Below, one piece after another: positions 35,156 through 47,881 of a DNA stretch of 47,881 bases. Every line of letters starts with the position of its first letter. Position 1 is the first letter of the stretch. Location of the stretch: the NCBI GenBank assembly GCA_000934665.2, contig KZ537959.1, forward strand, positions 186,001 to 233,881, given 5' to 3'. The position numbers were made by a program, and so were the translations under genes. Under the pieces are notes generated by a model that saw nothing but the letters and a program-made list of their open reading frames with translations, was not told where the DNA came from and made no database searches. Source of the stretch: Catajapyx aquilonaris (taxonomy: Eukaryota).

Positions 35156-36625
35156 TACCACTCACAGGTGCACACCTCAACACCTGAGTGTACCGAAGTG
35201 GTCCTTATTATCTTAAACTGTGTAACTTTTCCTGCTTTCTCACTGGCTTGTCTTTTGTCTTCCACTAGACTAGACTGACTAGACAACTCCCAGCCACAAC
35301 ACGGTGTTAGGCATATACCTAGTATTAACCTATCCAAATAATAACCTGTAGGTGACTTCAATTTCTCTTCCTGAGTGCTTATCAGCTGCAAGTTCTCATA
35401 CTTCACACTCAAAAGAAATCTTCTCCAACTGATCTCCTGTCAATCCTTCTCCACCACACTTATATTACCTTACAGATCTCCCAACTATAACCTGTGCTCC
35501 AACATGGACCAAGTATAGACATGCCAACATCTGCACTAGCCATCCATTTTAAACCAAAAGCCTGTCAACCATCGCAAATTCCAACTTACTGACGAACGGA
35601 ACATGGAAGCACGCCTCATTATTTCCTCACTATACCTAAGTGTTTCATGAAGACCCACCTGGGGCCTGGTGCTCTTCCACTTGCGACAGGCACCTCACGC
35701 AGCTTCGAAAATTTCCTGTGCTGGACCGAGCCTGCTCTGTAGTTTCAATGGTACAGTCGGGTACAGTACTATCATGGTAATACAGACCGTCATCACGCAA
35801 CAATATAAGTAAGCGGTGTTATTTGTTGACATTGTATAATTATGCTGCTTCTTTTAGGTCCATACTGTGGTTCATACGAAGTGAAAATTCTGACGCCACT
35901 CACGAGCCCTGTCTCCCCTTCACGCAAACGCTAGCTTTGACTCCCAAGTAGCCAGTTATCCCAGATTCGCACCATTTATAGCCGTTGAGTGACACTAACG
36001 CCATCTGCGCGCAAACCCATACCATATTTTAATTGTTACGCGTCCCCGCATGATGGCGCTGACCGCAAGCCATAGCAATCAAGTGAGTTCTGAACCAATG
36101 TCAATGACCCCTCCGAATTGCGATTGAAGCCGGGATTTGAGGCCCCGGGGGTTGTTGCCACCTTACAGCCTCTCAAAATTTGAAAGTTGGCAATACACCT
36201 GTGTTGGGGACCAAAGTTAGTGGGGGGTTAGGTGCATCGGCCAACACCTGCACCGGCATCTAGGCCTGGGCCTCTGGGGCCAGTGTGAAGGAGCGATACT
36301 GGGCCCTACTCACCTGGGGTTGGCCCGCCAATGCCGTCGCTGGGTGCTCTGACGCCCTAGCCGCCTCCATCTTCTGTAAAAGCGACAGGTTTCCTAATAT
36401 TACACAACCGGTCGACTTCCACAGAACCGCACAGAACACTTTCCTTCCACCAAGTGAAAATTCCCTTTATTGTTTCCTCCCTCCTTGTTGGCTAATAAGG
36501 CAGTCGCTGATTGGCCGGATTAGCAAAGAGAACTCTCCAGTCTGATTGGCTCTGGGGCGTGCGCGCATGCGCACATATTGTGCGGGACTTTCAAATGCCA
36601 CAAGCGAGCACTTCATCTTTGTACA

Positions 36626-36785
36626 TCATTGCCTGTACTGTGACGGATTTTGATTGTAGGAGAAAACGGGAGAGCCTCGAGAAAACCCACGCGAATACGG
36701 AGAGAACCCATCGAAACTCTATTCACATCAGTAGCTATTCTCTGTACGACCTGGGAATCAAACTCGGGACCTCAGAGGTGGTCAC
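36626..36785 (-). mobile_element. Second copy of the V-domain-like SINE fragment
   Basis: Shares ATCATTGCCTG...GGATTTTGAT...GAGAAAACCCACGCGAA.ACGGAGAGAACCCATCGAAACTCTAT with 19455-19647. Confidence 0.7.
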
Positions 36786-37032
36786 CAACTCTGAAAAAAA
36801 GTAGCCTTTATTATCGAAGGCATTTCATGTTTTCTTCTGCCATCCGCGCTGCCATCTTCATTTGAAATGCTTTCTCATCAGACATGCGACGTCATGGATA
36901 TCCAAGTACCCAACAGACCGATACCTGCATGGCTGAATCGAAGGTATATTTATGGATGGTGACTGCCACACTACTACTCTTACATGTTTCTCTGACAAAA
37001 TTATGATCATGACAGTTTTGTTGGTGAAAATT

Positions 37033-37278
37033 GAGGCGCTCAGAGGAAAAACGGCATATCCCAACCGACTTCCGATTTTGAGATTATAGTACTTTTGTAC
37101 TCTCCTGCCATCTACCTTTCATGTGCTGAAGTCCCAAATGAATTGGGATATGCCAAAGGTCACATTTTCCACTTGTAAAATTGATCCGCAATGGAAAATC
37201 ATATTCTTCCAACACAAAAAGCCGTTTATCTCAATATGAACTCCGGTTAGGATATGCCGTTTTTCCTCTGAGCGCCTC
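37033..37278. mobile_element. MITE with GAG...CTC ends and AATT TSD (Sola-like), 246 bp
   Basis: ~35-bp TIRs GAGGCGCTCAGAGGAAAAACGGCATATCC.AACCG, flanked by AATT on both sides. The superfamily is inferred from termini only. Confidence 0.8.
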
Positions 37279-37435
37279 AATTAAGGAAATTTTGTCTGTG
37301 TAATTAAGCAGGGGTGAAATCGAGGAATGAAATATTGGATTATTATGGCTAACTGCAATTTAATTTAGCTTCTTGACACCATTAGCTCTTAACGGTCAGT
37401 TAAAGAGAAAAAAAGGTACTCTCACATACGGTATA

Positions 37436-37540
37436 CAGAGTGTTTCCTGTAACTCTGTAAAGACTTGCAGGGGTAATAGAGGGGACCAAGGCAAGTATTT
37501 TTGACATAGAAACCCGTGTCCGGAAACGCCATCTAGAGGG
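37436..37540 (+). mobile_element. Probable single end of a Tc1/mariner-type element
   Basis: TA|CAGAGTGTTTCC start with typical MITE-end composition. No partner end was found. Confidence 0.4.
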
Positions 37541-37665
37541 GGTTCATAGACAATGAACGGGTGCGCTCAGACGCTTCACTTGGAGGCGCCAGGACTGGTT
37601 TTGACCTACCCTTTTTATGGTGTCTTTCTGTTGTATATTTTTATTGATATATGCATATTCGTCAT

Positions 37666-37792
37666 GACCTTTTCGTTCATCCTGGGCTTGAAGCAAGCTA
37701 GAAGCAACACGTTGCACACAGACAGACCGGCTTCGCCATGGGGAGCATGTGCAACGGGTTGCTTCAAGCCCAGCAGGATGAACGAAAGAGTC
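37666..37792. repeat. Imperfect inverted repeat
   Basis: TTTCGTTCATCCTG-GGCTTGAAGCAA...CGTTGCACA versus TGTGCAACG..TTGCTTCAAGCC-CAGGATGAACGAAA. Confidence 0.75.
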
Positions 37793-39315
37793 AGGACGAA
37801 GTGGCCAAAGGTTTTTGGAACAGATAAGTAGCCTACCATTCTCCTGCCTTCTATGAAGGGGATCATTTGCGAGTCTCTCCCCACCGTTTTGAAACAGTGC
37901 AGTGCAGTTAGTGTTACAAAAATGATGAAGCAACATTCCCCACTGACTCTCACATGCACTTGCGAATGTACTGTACTTTGTACTCCTCATTCTGATTTGA
38001 TGACAGCTCTGTCTGGTTCGATTATTATCAAAACTTGCCATTTGAACACCCACTGCATTTTACACCTACCGGTATCTTATGTGTCATTGTTATATCTTGC
38101 AACAGAATGATAATCGAGTGAATTCTGCTGCCAGAGAAGTCATTTACCAACCTGAAAATGGATTGGCTTGGATTGTATTTTCAATGAATCCCAACCAAAT
38201 AATGTATTACCATGAAATTTAATTTAAATAGCAGTTGTAGAGGGAGTACCAGAGGAAGTATCAGCCGAGGCACCGGAAGTGGCGTAGGCTGTATCGATGA
38301 CATAAATGATGGCAATATTACTAATATTATTAACTCGATAGTGAGGCTCCAGAGATCAAGTGAAATCTATGCATAAAGTGAACCTGTGATGCCCACTGGA
38401 ATTGAGTGTACATTTTTATATCTAATCTAATGTTACAATGACGACATCTGACGAAGACACGACATGATTTTCCGGCCAAACATTGCCCACCATACCGCGG
38501 TCAAAAGTATGTGAGAATCACTGGAGATAATAATTTCCTGCGCAATTTTGTGGTCACAAATTGAAGGGTTTGGTGGAAAAACCGGATATACGTCCACTTT
38601 TGCCTGAAAATGAGTTATGGGTGGTTCTGCAATCTAGTTGCCATTCTGCATATTTTGGTACAAAAATCAAACCTGTTGTAGTCCACTGAGGAACTATAGC
38701 CCTCCTAAGTGACCAGTCTCCTGTCCAGCTCCTAGACTTTTCGGAAACATGAAGCACACATTTCACGCTTCATTTTGAGGTCCATTCAAAAATATCGAAA
38801 AAATAGAGACCTTTGAGTTATATTAAAATCGAAATTTCGCCACCGTCTTGAAATTGAAAGATTTTATCCCGGCTGTTTTCAATGCGATATTATTAAAGCC
38901 CTTTAAAAGAGCTTCCGAAATCACGTATTAGATTTGGATTCACTTTAGGAGTTCCGATGTTACAGGCCTCCATTACAAGCCCTGACAGAGTGACAGCGTC
39001 AAATGAGTGAAAAATCGCAATTACACACCCTGTAGTTTCGCAACCAGGTGTCACAGAGAGACTACATCTCGGTTCCTTACATACAATAACGACTACTACT
39101 ACAAACCCATGAATTTGGTTGAAATGGTCGATAATGGTCGTCAACGTAATGCACTGTACTCAAGCATGACATTCAGAATTTATATCCGGTCTTGTGAAAT
39201 GATTTTGCAGTAAATCTGATTCCGGCGCTTACTCGATCAGTCATTGATTGTCTGTTAAGACGTCACAAGCGATTACGGCATGCCAAGAACAGTGAAAAGT
39301 AAAGTGTTTTCAATA

Positions 39316-39404
39316 CTTATCCTGGATTTCAAGATTCACAAACGGCGATAAGAGATAGATAAGGAGGGGCAAGCAGCAACGTGGGTAGTAGCAGCGTTTA
39401 TAAA
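39316..39404 (+). promoter_or_regulatory. GATA-site cluster and TATA box of the CDA-like gene
   Basis: CTTATC 39316, CGATAA 39346, AGATAG 39353, AGATAA 39357, and TATAAA at 39399-39404, 85 nt upstream of the ATG. Confidence 0.55.
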
Positions 39405-39488
39405 GACTCGGCTTTCTTCAAGTAGCACAAGTTTAGCAGCAGGTGACACGACAGAAAGCGAGGAAGAAAACCACTATTCCGAGTCATC

Positions 39489-41161
39489 ATGGCTACAATG
39501 AAGCTGGTGCTGACTTTGGCCATCATCTCTGTGGTAGCTGCAGCCCCAAGTGCCCCTTCTTCCTCTACCCAAACTCCAACGTCCAGTGAAGGCACCACTG
39601 CACCAACGACCAGTGAAGGCACCACTGCACCACCCTCCGTATGCAATAGGTAATATGGAACATTTTTTTGTGAAAGGTAATATTCAAATTAACTGACTTC
39701 CTTTTTTTTTACAGCAACACTTGCAAGATTGAGGACGGTTGCCGATGCATGAGTCCGGATATACCGGGAGGATTGGCCCCAGATAAAACTCCCCAAATGA
39801 TTTTCATCGCGTTTGACGATGCGTTGACAAACGAGACGTACAATTACCAGAGGCAGATGCTCGGAGAGAGAACGAACCCCAACGGGTGCCCCATCACTAT
39901 GACCTTTTTCCTCACTCATCAGTACACGGAGTACGACAAGGTGAACTACTTCTGGAGAAAGGGGAATGAGTTTGCATCCAACTCAATCACGTAAATATTA
40001 TCATTGCCTAACATGAAGTTACCAGAGTCACCACACTCATTTTAAACAGAAATTTACAAAGAAAGCATAAATTTTCAGTAAAGTGTCGAACTACACTTAC
40101 TGGAATGACGCTACACCTCAAGTGTGGAAGAATGAGATGGTGGGAATGAACAACATTATTCAGAAGTACGCCAAAGTCACAGACAAAATTAATGTATGTA
40201 TGCCTACATAGCAGCATCTAGCATACCGGTATATTATAATCAACCGATGATCTTTTATGTACAGGGTACGAGGGCGCCCTACTTCTACATGGGTGGTGAC
40301 AACTTGTTTGATATGGCCAGTCAAAATTTCTTTTGGGACAGCTCTTGGTCCACCCAGGATCATTCCGAGTATCCCATTTGGCCCTACACCCTCGACTTCA
40401 ACTCACTCGAATCTCAGGTAAGTTAATAAACAGTTTCCGGACTGAGTGAACAATATTGTTCACTCGGTTTTATCATTTCACAACTGAGAGGTCACCGTAC
40501 ATTTTGCAGGACTGCCCCATCAAACCGTGCCCCGTGAAAAGTTACCCAAAGTTTTGGGAGGTGCCGTTGGTAGATCTGCACAGCTTAAACACCACACTGT
40601 GCATAAACCCTGCCTCGTGCGTCCCACTGTAGGTAGACCATCACACTCAATTCGCAATCGCAGAGACTTATTTTTATATGTTTCAGGCCTAATAACGAGG
40701 ATGAGGTCATCACTTTCCTGGACACCAATTTCCAGAAATTTTACGATGGAACGAGGGCACCCTTCGGTCTGTACTTGGGTCTGGGATGGTTCCAGCAAGT
40801 GAAGGGTAGGAACTACATTTTTGATGGATACCTGAAGTGGCTGGATACACAGTTGGCCAAGCCTGACGTGTACGTCATCAGCATTTCAAAGGTGAGTCCC
40901 TCATTGTCTGGAAAATCCATAATTCCACCTATACTTTTTTTTGTTTATTCCCAGGGCCTGGAATGGATAAGGAAGCCAACGGAGCTGGACACCCTTAACA
41001 AAAATGACTTCGATCCGTGGAAGTGCGACAAAGTCATACCGAATCGTTGCATACATCGCTACACTTGTTATTACTCCCACACCCCTGCAGGAGGACCTCG
41101 ATATATGCCATCCTGCACCACTTGCCCTCGTTCATACCCTTGGGTCACAGATCTGTCATAG
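39489..41161 (+). CDS. Secreted chitin deacetylase-like protein (CE4 domain only, group V-like; ~411 aa)
   Basis: Exons 39489-39649, 39715-39990, 40079-40193, 40265-40417, 40510-40628, 40687-40891 and 40955-41161. Signal peptide, PQMIFIAFDDA, NPNGCPITMTFFLTHQYT, GTRAPY, WPYTLDF, RAPFGLY and C-terminal CPRSYPWV. Confidence 0.93.
39583..39632 (+). repeat. 27-bp tandem duplication encoding (T)SEGTTAP twice
   Basis: CCAGTGAAGGCACCACTGCACCA at 39583 and 39610. Confidence 0.9.
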
Positions 41162-41859
41162 AAGTACAGGTGCTTAAGATCTCATTTAGCCACGTGATTG
41201 GTTGGGTTTTATCACCAGCCCATGGAACATGGCTCCCAGGGGGACATGCCAGCCCATATTTATTGAAATGATTGTAATTTGCAACAATTGTATTGTTTTA
41301 ACAATAAACCTGCCCTATTATATACTGAGAGTTTGAATTATTTTAAATTGCGCTATACTGACATAATGCGAGGAAATTTAAAGCTACAGCATATCGCTCT
41401 AATGTTCTGCCTCACAACAGGGACAGAAATATATACACTACGAGTTCAAAATAAGCTCCGCTGAATCCAGAGTATTTTCAGTTTCACGGATGGTGCCGAC
41501 GAAGCTTTTGAGCGGTCATTCCCAGGACCAGTGGCACGTTCACACAATTAGAAACTTCTGATTATGATGATGATGATGATGAAATCTGTTGTTGCTAGGT
41601 AGGCATATGTACTGCAATCGAGGACGAGAAAACCAAACTGTGCTACAGAACGACACTATCAAACATTTCTCAGATAATCTCAAGTATATGGTACAGCTTA
41701 TCACCTAAGACGAACGTATATAGGTATGCATTAGTAAGTTACGCCAACAGCATCGAGACGTTTCTACATGGCAAAAAATATGCAATAGTACACAAAAATA
41801 TTTATTAGGGTTTGAAATACACTACTACAGCATTACTTTTGTTACGCAATTTCCCGTAC

Positions 41860-42446
41860 CTATGGAATGTAGTCGGTTTTTCCTCTTTCGAAATCTTCCA
41901 TCCAAGTACGTTTCCTATTCCTACATATCATGCAGCGACCAACCTGAACTTCAAAGAAGAAGACACAAAGAGACGTGATGCATCCTAAGAAGAGCAGGTA
42001 GAACACCCCTGCCAGTGTGCCGACGGAAAAGGCATCGATCTTGGGCCCAGTCTGGAGACCGACAGTGCTTATGGCTCTGAGAGACTCCATGGTGACATTT
42101 CTCTCCATCATGACGTCCCATCTGTACTTCATCCCGCTTGCCACGTAGTTGGACAGCCAGTAGGAGAAGCTGGCAGTGAAGATGCTGTCCCTGTTCAGCA
42201 CTATGGCCAAGGTGATCATGGGTGACACACCTCGAGTCAGCCGAAGTCGACTCTCACCCCTCTGGTCCAAGAGAGATCTTGCACGAGGAGCGTTTGTGGA
42301 CCAGCGGAACACGCAAATTATGTCCTCGTCCACGCAACGCTCGTAGCAATCGTTCAAGTCGTCGGTCGCATTCAAACGTTCGAAGTACGGCAGGTAGATC
42401 TCCTTGTCTTCTACATATATCTGCAACAGTTTTTTATTCTCTGGTC

Positions 42447-42482
<36 letters not shown>

Positions 42483-44767
42483 TATTACCTGCATTTGTCG
42501 GATAGAGTCGCATAATTACGAGGCAAATTATTACAGGCGACCGTGAGTAATCGCTATCAGTCGCAAACGTGAATTAACGTGAAGGGTTATTGCCCTCTTG
42601 AAGGTTACTGTACTATGTGTACACTTTTACACAATACTCGCCAGATATTTGTGGTCGTGAAGTGTCGCTAAACTTGCCCATAGTGAGACGAGAGGTGGAA
42701 ACGGGCTTATGTATGATATCGTGACCTCGTTTCTAGAGAAATCATTATTTCTAGTGTACCACTGTACCTTATCTTATAAGTGGGAACTATATCAAATCTG
42801 TCTAAGAACATAGTGCACAGTCCACAGCACGTTATGACTAACTGCTCAAAATGTATATAATATGTCTAAATAGTTTAACTTTACACGAATGTAGGACCGG
42901 AAAAGCACCATTGAAAAGTATGGGCGTGGTTTTGAAAAATGCAATGTAACACCTTTCCCATATGAACACGGAATAATTTCTTACAACCTTACCATAACTA
43001 CTAAATGCTGTGTACCGAGAAATATTGCGGTAGTACAAGTCGACGATCACTGTGATCCTTTATTTATATACCCATAGGAAATATTAATACTGTATCAAAA
43101 AAATGCCCGTCATATTTCAAGAAAAACTAGGCTACTGAAAACCTAATATATTCTGATAGACTCCATGATAAGCTTACCTCAATGATAGCTTTGACCAGCC
43201 TTTCAGACATGACTGGAAAATTGCTGGCTAGTAATTCCTTGAGGGTCTGTGGCAGGATCTCAGAAGGAGGCGAAGTGAGGAGATCGTATAGCGCTGTCTT
43301 GTAAGCAGTGCCCAGAACGATGGATATGAAGAGCCAGACGCAGATGAACACTCGGGGAGGAAACTGAGGAGGTACGTATGTCGGAAACTGCTCCAAAAGA
43401 GACTCTGAAATATACCCGAATGAATAGAAAAATGACGAAAGAAAGGTGTGGTGACGCGAGTCCTGGTCCAAGTCATTTGATGAGGCCACAACAAATAAGG
43501 TCAGAACGGAAGCGCAAAAGGTACTCAGAATAGCTATCAATCCCCACACCACTGGCTGAAATGGTCGCACGAATACGTCTGGAGTCAATATCTTCCGAGG
43601 AACTCGAGTCACCATCCCGGCAAAATCAATCCCAAAAGGTGTTGTTTGATCAGTCAAAGTGAAGCTGGCCAAGGTGATTACGCTTTCTGGCAGGAAGGGA
43701 TTCCTGCGAAACATGACGTCCAAGTTCATTTCGATCATCAGAACGTTCTCGGGACATGGGTCGGGACAACCAGGTCTTACAAACTGGTCCAGTTCCCATC
43801 GGAAATGGAGGGCCTCACCTATGAAGCAGAAATGTCGAATGCGCCGCAGATCCAACGTATTTGTGACACACTGCCTAGAGGAGAGAGGAACGGGATACAC
43901 CGAACGCAGCAGGGCTCCTTGCATGTTGAATGTCGTGTCAGGCCACATGATTTTCTCATCTTCCGGAGAGAAGCCACTGCCTTTCAAGTCGTCGTCTTGG
44001 GTTAACAATCTGGTCTTCTCTTCACCATGATTGAGGCCGTAGATATAGTTCGGGAGGTTGAACACGCCAGGTTCTCCTCCGAAGCAGAACCAGCAGACAG
44101 ACTTGATAGACACATACCATTGCGAGAAATCAGGTGATGTTGGGTTGTCTTGGCCTTTTCGCATCTGTCGGGGAAAGAGGCCCAGCTTGAACTTGTACTT
44201 GTTGGCCGGAGGAGCAAACATGTATGACTGTGGCTCCTGTGCATCTCGTACCCACAACACAAACCGATTCAGCGCCTTTCTGACAACCACGCTGCTCTCA
44301 ATTCCGTTCATAAACTCTTCCAATTTGATGAAGTTGTGAGTGCAGGTTGACATGAAAAAGAGGGTGCAGACTGGGAAAATATACTTCTCTCCAACTTTGG
44401 GCCTCTCTATGCCTTCAGTCTGGTTGTGTAGGATTCCAGGTCCGGAGCAGGTCCACTTGGCACGGTCCTCCTCACCACTGACGTGGACCACCGCCGGCCG
44501 AAGCTGGGATGCAGCCCCCATTAATATCTGCACCAGAGGCCTAGGGAAGTAAGGCTCCGAGTCCAATGTGATCACCAAAGGACACTCTGGTAGCAACGTG
44601 CGGCGCATGATATCCACCGTGGCCTCGGCCACGGCGTCTCCAGCTGTGTCCCACACAATGCTCTCTTCTGATGTTCCACTCATTGTCTTCCACACGTCGA
44701 CCACAGCATTATTGCATCGCCTCACAAGTAGGATCAAGAGCAAAGCACTTATCTGCAATGATACCAT
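41860..44767 (-). CDS. Divergent ionotropic receptor (IR/iGluR-related chemoreceptor, ~716 aa)
   Basis: Exons 44767-43178 (GAG|GTAAGC) and 42420-41860. Signal peptide, NMQGALLR, FVRPFQPVVW (pre-M1), SLLEQ (pore), RVFICVWLFISIVLGTAYKTALYDLLTSP (M3) and LAGVFYLLFLG...FFE (M4). An extra small internal exon cannot be excluded. Confidence 0.88.
42447..42487. repeat. (ATT)n microsatellite in the IR intron
   Basis: Seen directly in the sequence. Confidence 0.9.
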
Positions 44768-46604
44768 TGCTAGAACTACCTTCGCAGCCTATTCTCTAAA
44801 GTTAACTCTATATAAAGGGTCCTGTCTCTGAATTGTTTAGCGGGAGGTAAAATATGTCCTTGACGGCCGTGGCCCTTGACCAGTTTCGCCATGAGAGTAT
44901 TGGGTCTTCTAGTTTTCGTGCGTAGAGAACATGAACGTTATTTTTTTTTAGCCCAAGAGCATCAGGCCATAACGTGATTGAGCGTCACAGAAGTTGGTTT
45001 GATCTGAAATACTCATGAACTATTTAGGATTGTGCACTGAAGCATCACAAGACGCGACATTGTTTATGTGACTGAAATGTAGTTATACGCTAAGCTAATC
45101 TGGTTAAATTATACACTAGAACTAAATCAATGAAGACCATTTATATTATCATTCGTCATTTACAGTCCACCTCAAGTTAGATAGTCATGTTTTGCATTCT
45201 TATAAATGTACCCGTAAATGTAAAAAAATATTGGGCCAACTAAATGTCAAAGACCATAATATCCTGTAATCAATGTGTAACAAATTCTATTTGTGTTGCG
45301 TTTGATTTATGTAACATAATCTAATTGAGTTATAATTAACATTTTGTAATACGATGTATTTGATTTTGGGTGAATATTTGTGGGGCACATTTGACTCTAG
45401 AGAGGTTATAAAAGTTCGATTTAAGGTGTTAGCCTGCTGCTTCAATTTCAGAGGGGTTCGTTCGTCCCCTTTGACTTGCGTTGTGTAGTACACTACTTTG
45501 AGAGGTTATCAAGTTTGTGTTCTAATAGAGCCTGTGTATAAATATATGTACATTGCGATATACTTGTATACATAGTAATGAGAAGGGCTCATCTGGCACT
45601 TCATGTCGTGCATAACGGCAATAAAGATACTGTCTCAAAAAATGTCACACGCACATCTCATTCACTCGCAGAGTCATTTTTATCTACTGTTGATTATGAT
45701 GAAGTACTCGTATATACGGTTTAGAAATGGAGAGAAAATAATGTTTCGTAATTGAACGGTTCTCTGTATAGTTACATGCCCCCTTTTTGTTGATCCATTC
45801 CTTCTGGGAACATCCATGACTCTCGAGCCGGACTTAATTATTAAGGGAGGGAGAGTTTCTTTTACATGACAATTGATTGCTAATGGTGTAGATACGTATT
45901 GTGTCAATTAAAAGAACATTTCGAATTAATTTTACGGTACATATTTTATTATTGTCAACTTTCCACTTTTGTAACTGAAAATAGCATAAGTTACATCAAT
46001 GGGTCAAAAGCAACAAATCATGAGAATTCAACAGTAAAATCATGTACCGTACGTATACGCACATCCTCGACCGCGTGTAAAATATCAAGGAAAATTCTCG
46101 GAAATATACGCTCACAACTCTGCCGTGTATTATTTTGGGTTAGCTTTTGTTGCGTGGAAGCTGGTAGGTTTGCCCTGTTGCAGAAAGTTACAACAGTTAA
46201 TACTTAATAGCAAGACCCTGTACTGGCAAAATAAGCGGCTGTTTACGAAGCCGTAGGACGTACTAAGATAGTAATAATAACTGCATGTGCTCACTCATTT
46301 GCATGGTGAACCGATTGATTGGTAAGCCAGTATGATTGTTATTGTATTGCTAGCATACAGGACAACCTCTATGCCATTCGGGAGCGACTATCACATCACA
46401 GTCAAACCAACATATTTTTTCATTCCCCCATTATTCAAGATGCCTTAGTCACAAGTTGACAGTTCCCGTGATTATATCTAGTTATCCAAAATCTGTGAAT
46501 ATATGGTGAAAATCCAGAACTTACAGCGCTTTTTTAAAATAATGTATTTATTGTCCTAGTATACACACTAAATAATTATGACTTTCTGTTATAATTTAGA
46601 GGAT

Positions 46605-46608
<4 letters not shown>

Positions 46609-46684
<76 letters not shown>

Positions 46685-47881
46685 TTTATTCCCATTTCAC
46701 CCCTAAGGGTACTTGAGGGAAGACTTCCCTTGATACACATATACATTCACTCATTAATGCTGCCCTTACTTACAAAATAATGTCACAAAATTCTAGGTAG
46801 TCTCTTGCCGCCAAAAAAAAGGAATACAATTGATAAATGGCATTTTTTGGCATTGAAGCAAACAACGTGTGCATTTTATACGGCGGCACCCTTGGGATAC
46901 TTAGTACATTGTCCAATTTTCTGATCTCACTACTTCAAAAAATCTGCATTCGTACAATATATGATGGATAGACCAGGTTTCGTCAGTACTACACAAGGAA
47001 CAGTGCGTGTCATGGGGAGTAGAAAATTTGTACCCTTTGACGTAAAATGACTGTGATTGATTCCTCAGGTTGCTTGCCAACCGAATATGTTGCAAGGGTA
47101 ATCCGTACAAAAAGTATTGCGCCATTCCTGTGTCCGGGACAAGGTCAAGATAGTAACTGTATCGGGATGATTTTGCTACGTCTGCCATGTCCTGGATAAG
47201 TGTGGCTGCTGCCACATTTTTTACCAAAGCCTGGACATTTGAGTAATCGCCACCTCTTACCCACTCTTGCCAGCCGAAGCCACTCATCCTAAATACTTCC
47301 TTTACCCCCATTTGCCACTTTAGATTAATAGGGGTTTTTAACGCCCAAATCAATGCAACCTTTGCCCATCTCTTGTCTGGTAGTAACATTGTTTTCATCA
47401 AAAATTGTATTAGTTGTTTAAAAATGTTTACTGTTAGGTTCCTTCTTCCAGTCTCTAGACGAACAAAATAGCCAGCTGTATTTCGGGGAAGGTTAAGAAA
47501 TTTTTTAATAAAGTACGTTTGGATTCGTTCAATCTCCTTTTTCCTATCCAGTGCCCAAAAACTTGCCCCGTACATTACCATCGGGATGATCTTTGCGTCT
47601 AGCAGTTTGAAGGCCGTCTTTAAGTTCTTTATTTTCAGATTAATCATAGTTGGCCATAACATATTTATCGCTGCAAATCCTTTGTTCACAAAGTATTGCG
47701 ACGTCTTTGCTGAACTAGTGGATGCGGCAAATAGCACCCCTAAGTATTTATACTCACTCGCTAACTCTAATTTCTTATTGTTCCTGTCATATATTTCTAA
47801 CCCTGTTCTCCCCTGTGTACTGACCCATACACTCCCGCCTCCTGGCGGGAGCAGGAAATAAAAGGCAGTCTAGTGAAAGCC
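46609..47881 (-). mobile_element. 3' portion of a non-LTR retrotransposon (CR1/L2 group, Crack/Daphne-like)
   Basis: RT motif YKYLGV at ~47735-47752, IIPMVMYGASFW, ETGR and C-terminal CSLC...HILYEC, with the stop at 46901. 3'UTR ends in AATAAA (46690-46685) and a 25-unit (TTA)n tail at 46609-46683. Confidence 0.9.

Noticed and set aside
42421..42513. Poly-Asn N-terminus of ORF 41860-42513
   Set aside because: It is an intronic (ATT)n microsatellite upstream of the acceptor at 42421.

Overview
Intron-rich animal genomic DNA, most likely arthropod (insect/crustacean-type miR-1 3' end, MEP-1, Tre1/Moody-type GPCR, divergent ionotropic receptor, chitin deacetylase). Gene order: the last four coding exons of mind bomb 1 (+, 10922-13820); a divergent Tre1/Moody-like GPCR (-); BOLA3 (+); BRD7/9 (+); a divergent MEP-1-like zinc-finger gene (-); a probably inactive chitin deacetylase-like gene (+); a divergent ionotropic receptor (-); and the 3' end of a LINE (-). 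The first ~10.9 kb is inferred to be a large mib1 intron. It hides a perfect miR-1 hairpin on the antisense strand (5570-5627), the arrangement known for vertebrate Mib1/miR-1-2. Around it lie a putative spliced host-transcript exon, five Su(H)/CSL sites and a MEF2 site in a CpG-rich domain. Introns and intergenic DNA carry many small transposons (Tc1/mariner/pogo, Harbinger, hAT, piggyBac and Sola-like MITEs, tRNA-SINEs), several of them nested. Exon boundaries were read by eye from GT-AG sites and frame continuity, and family assignments come from recalled motifs, not database searches.
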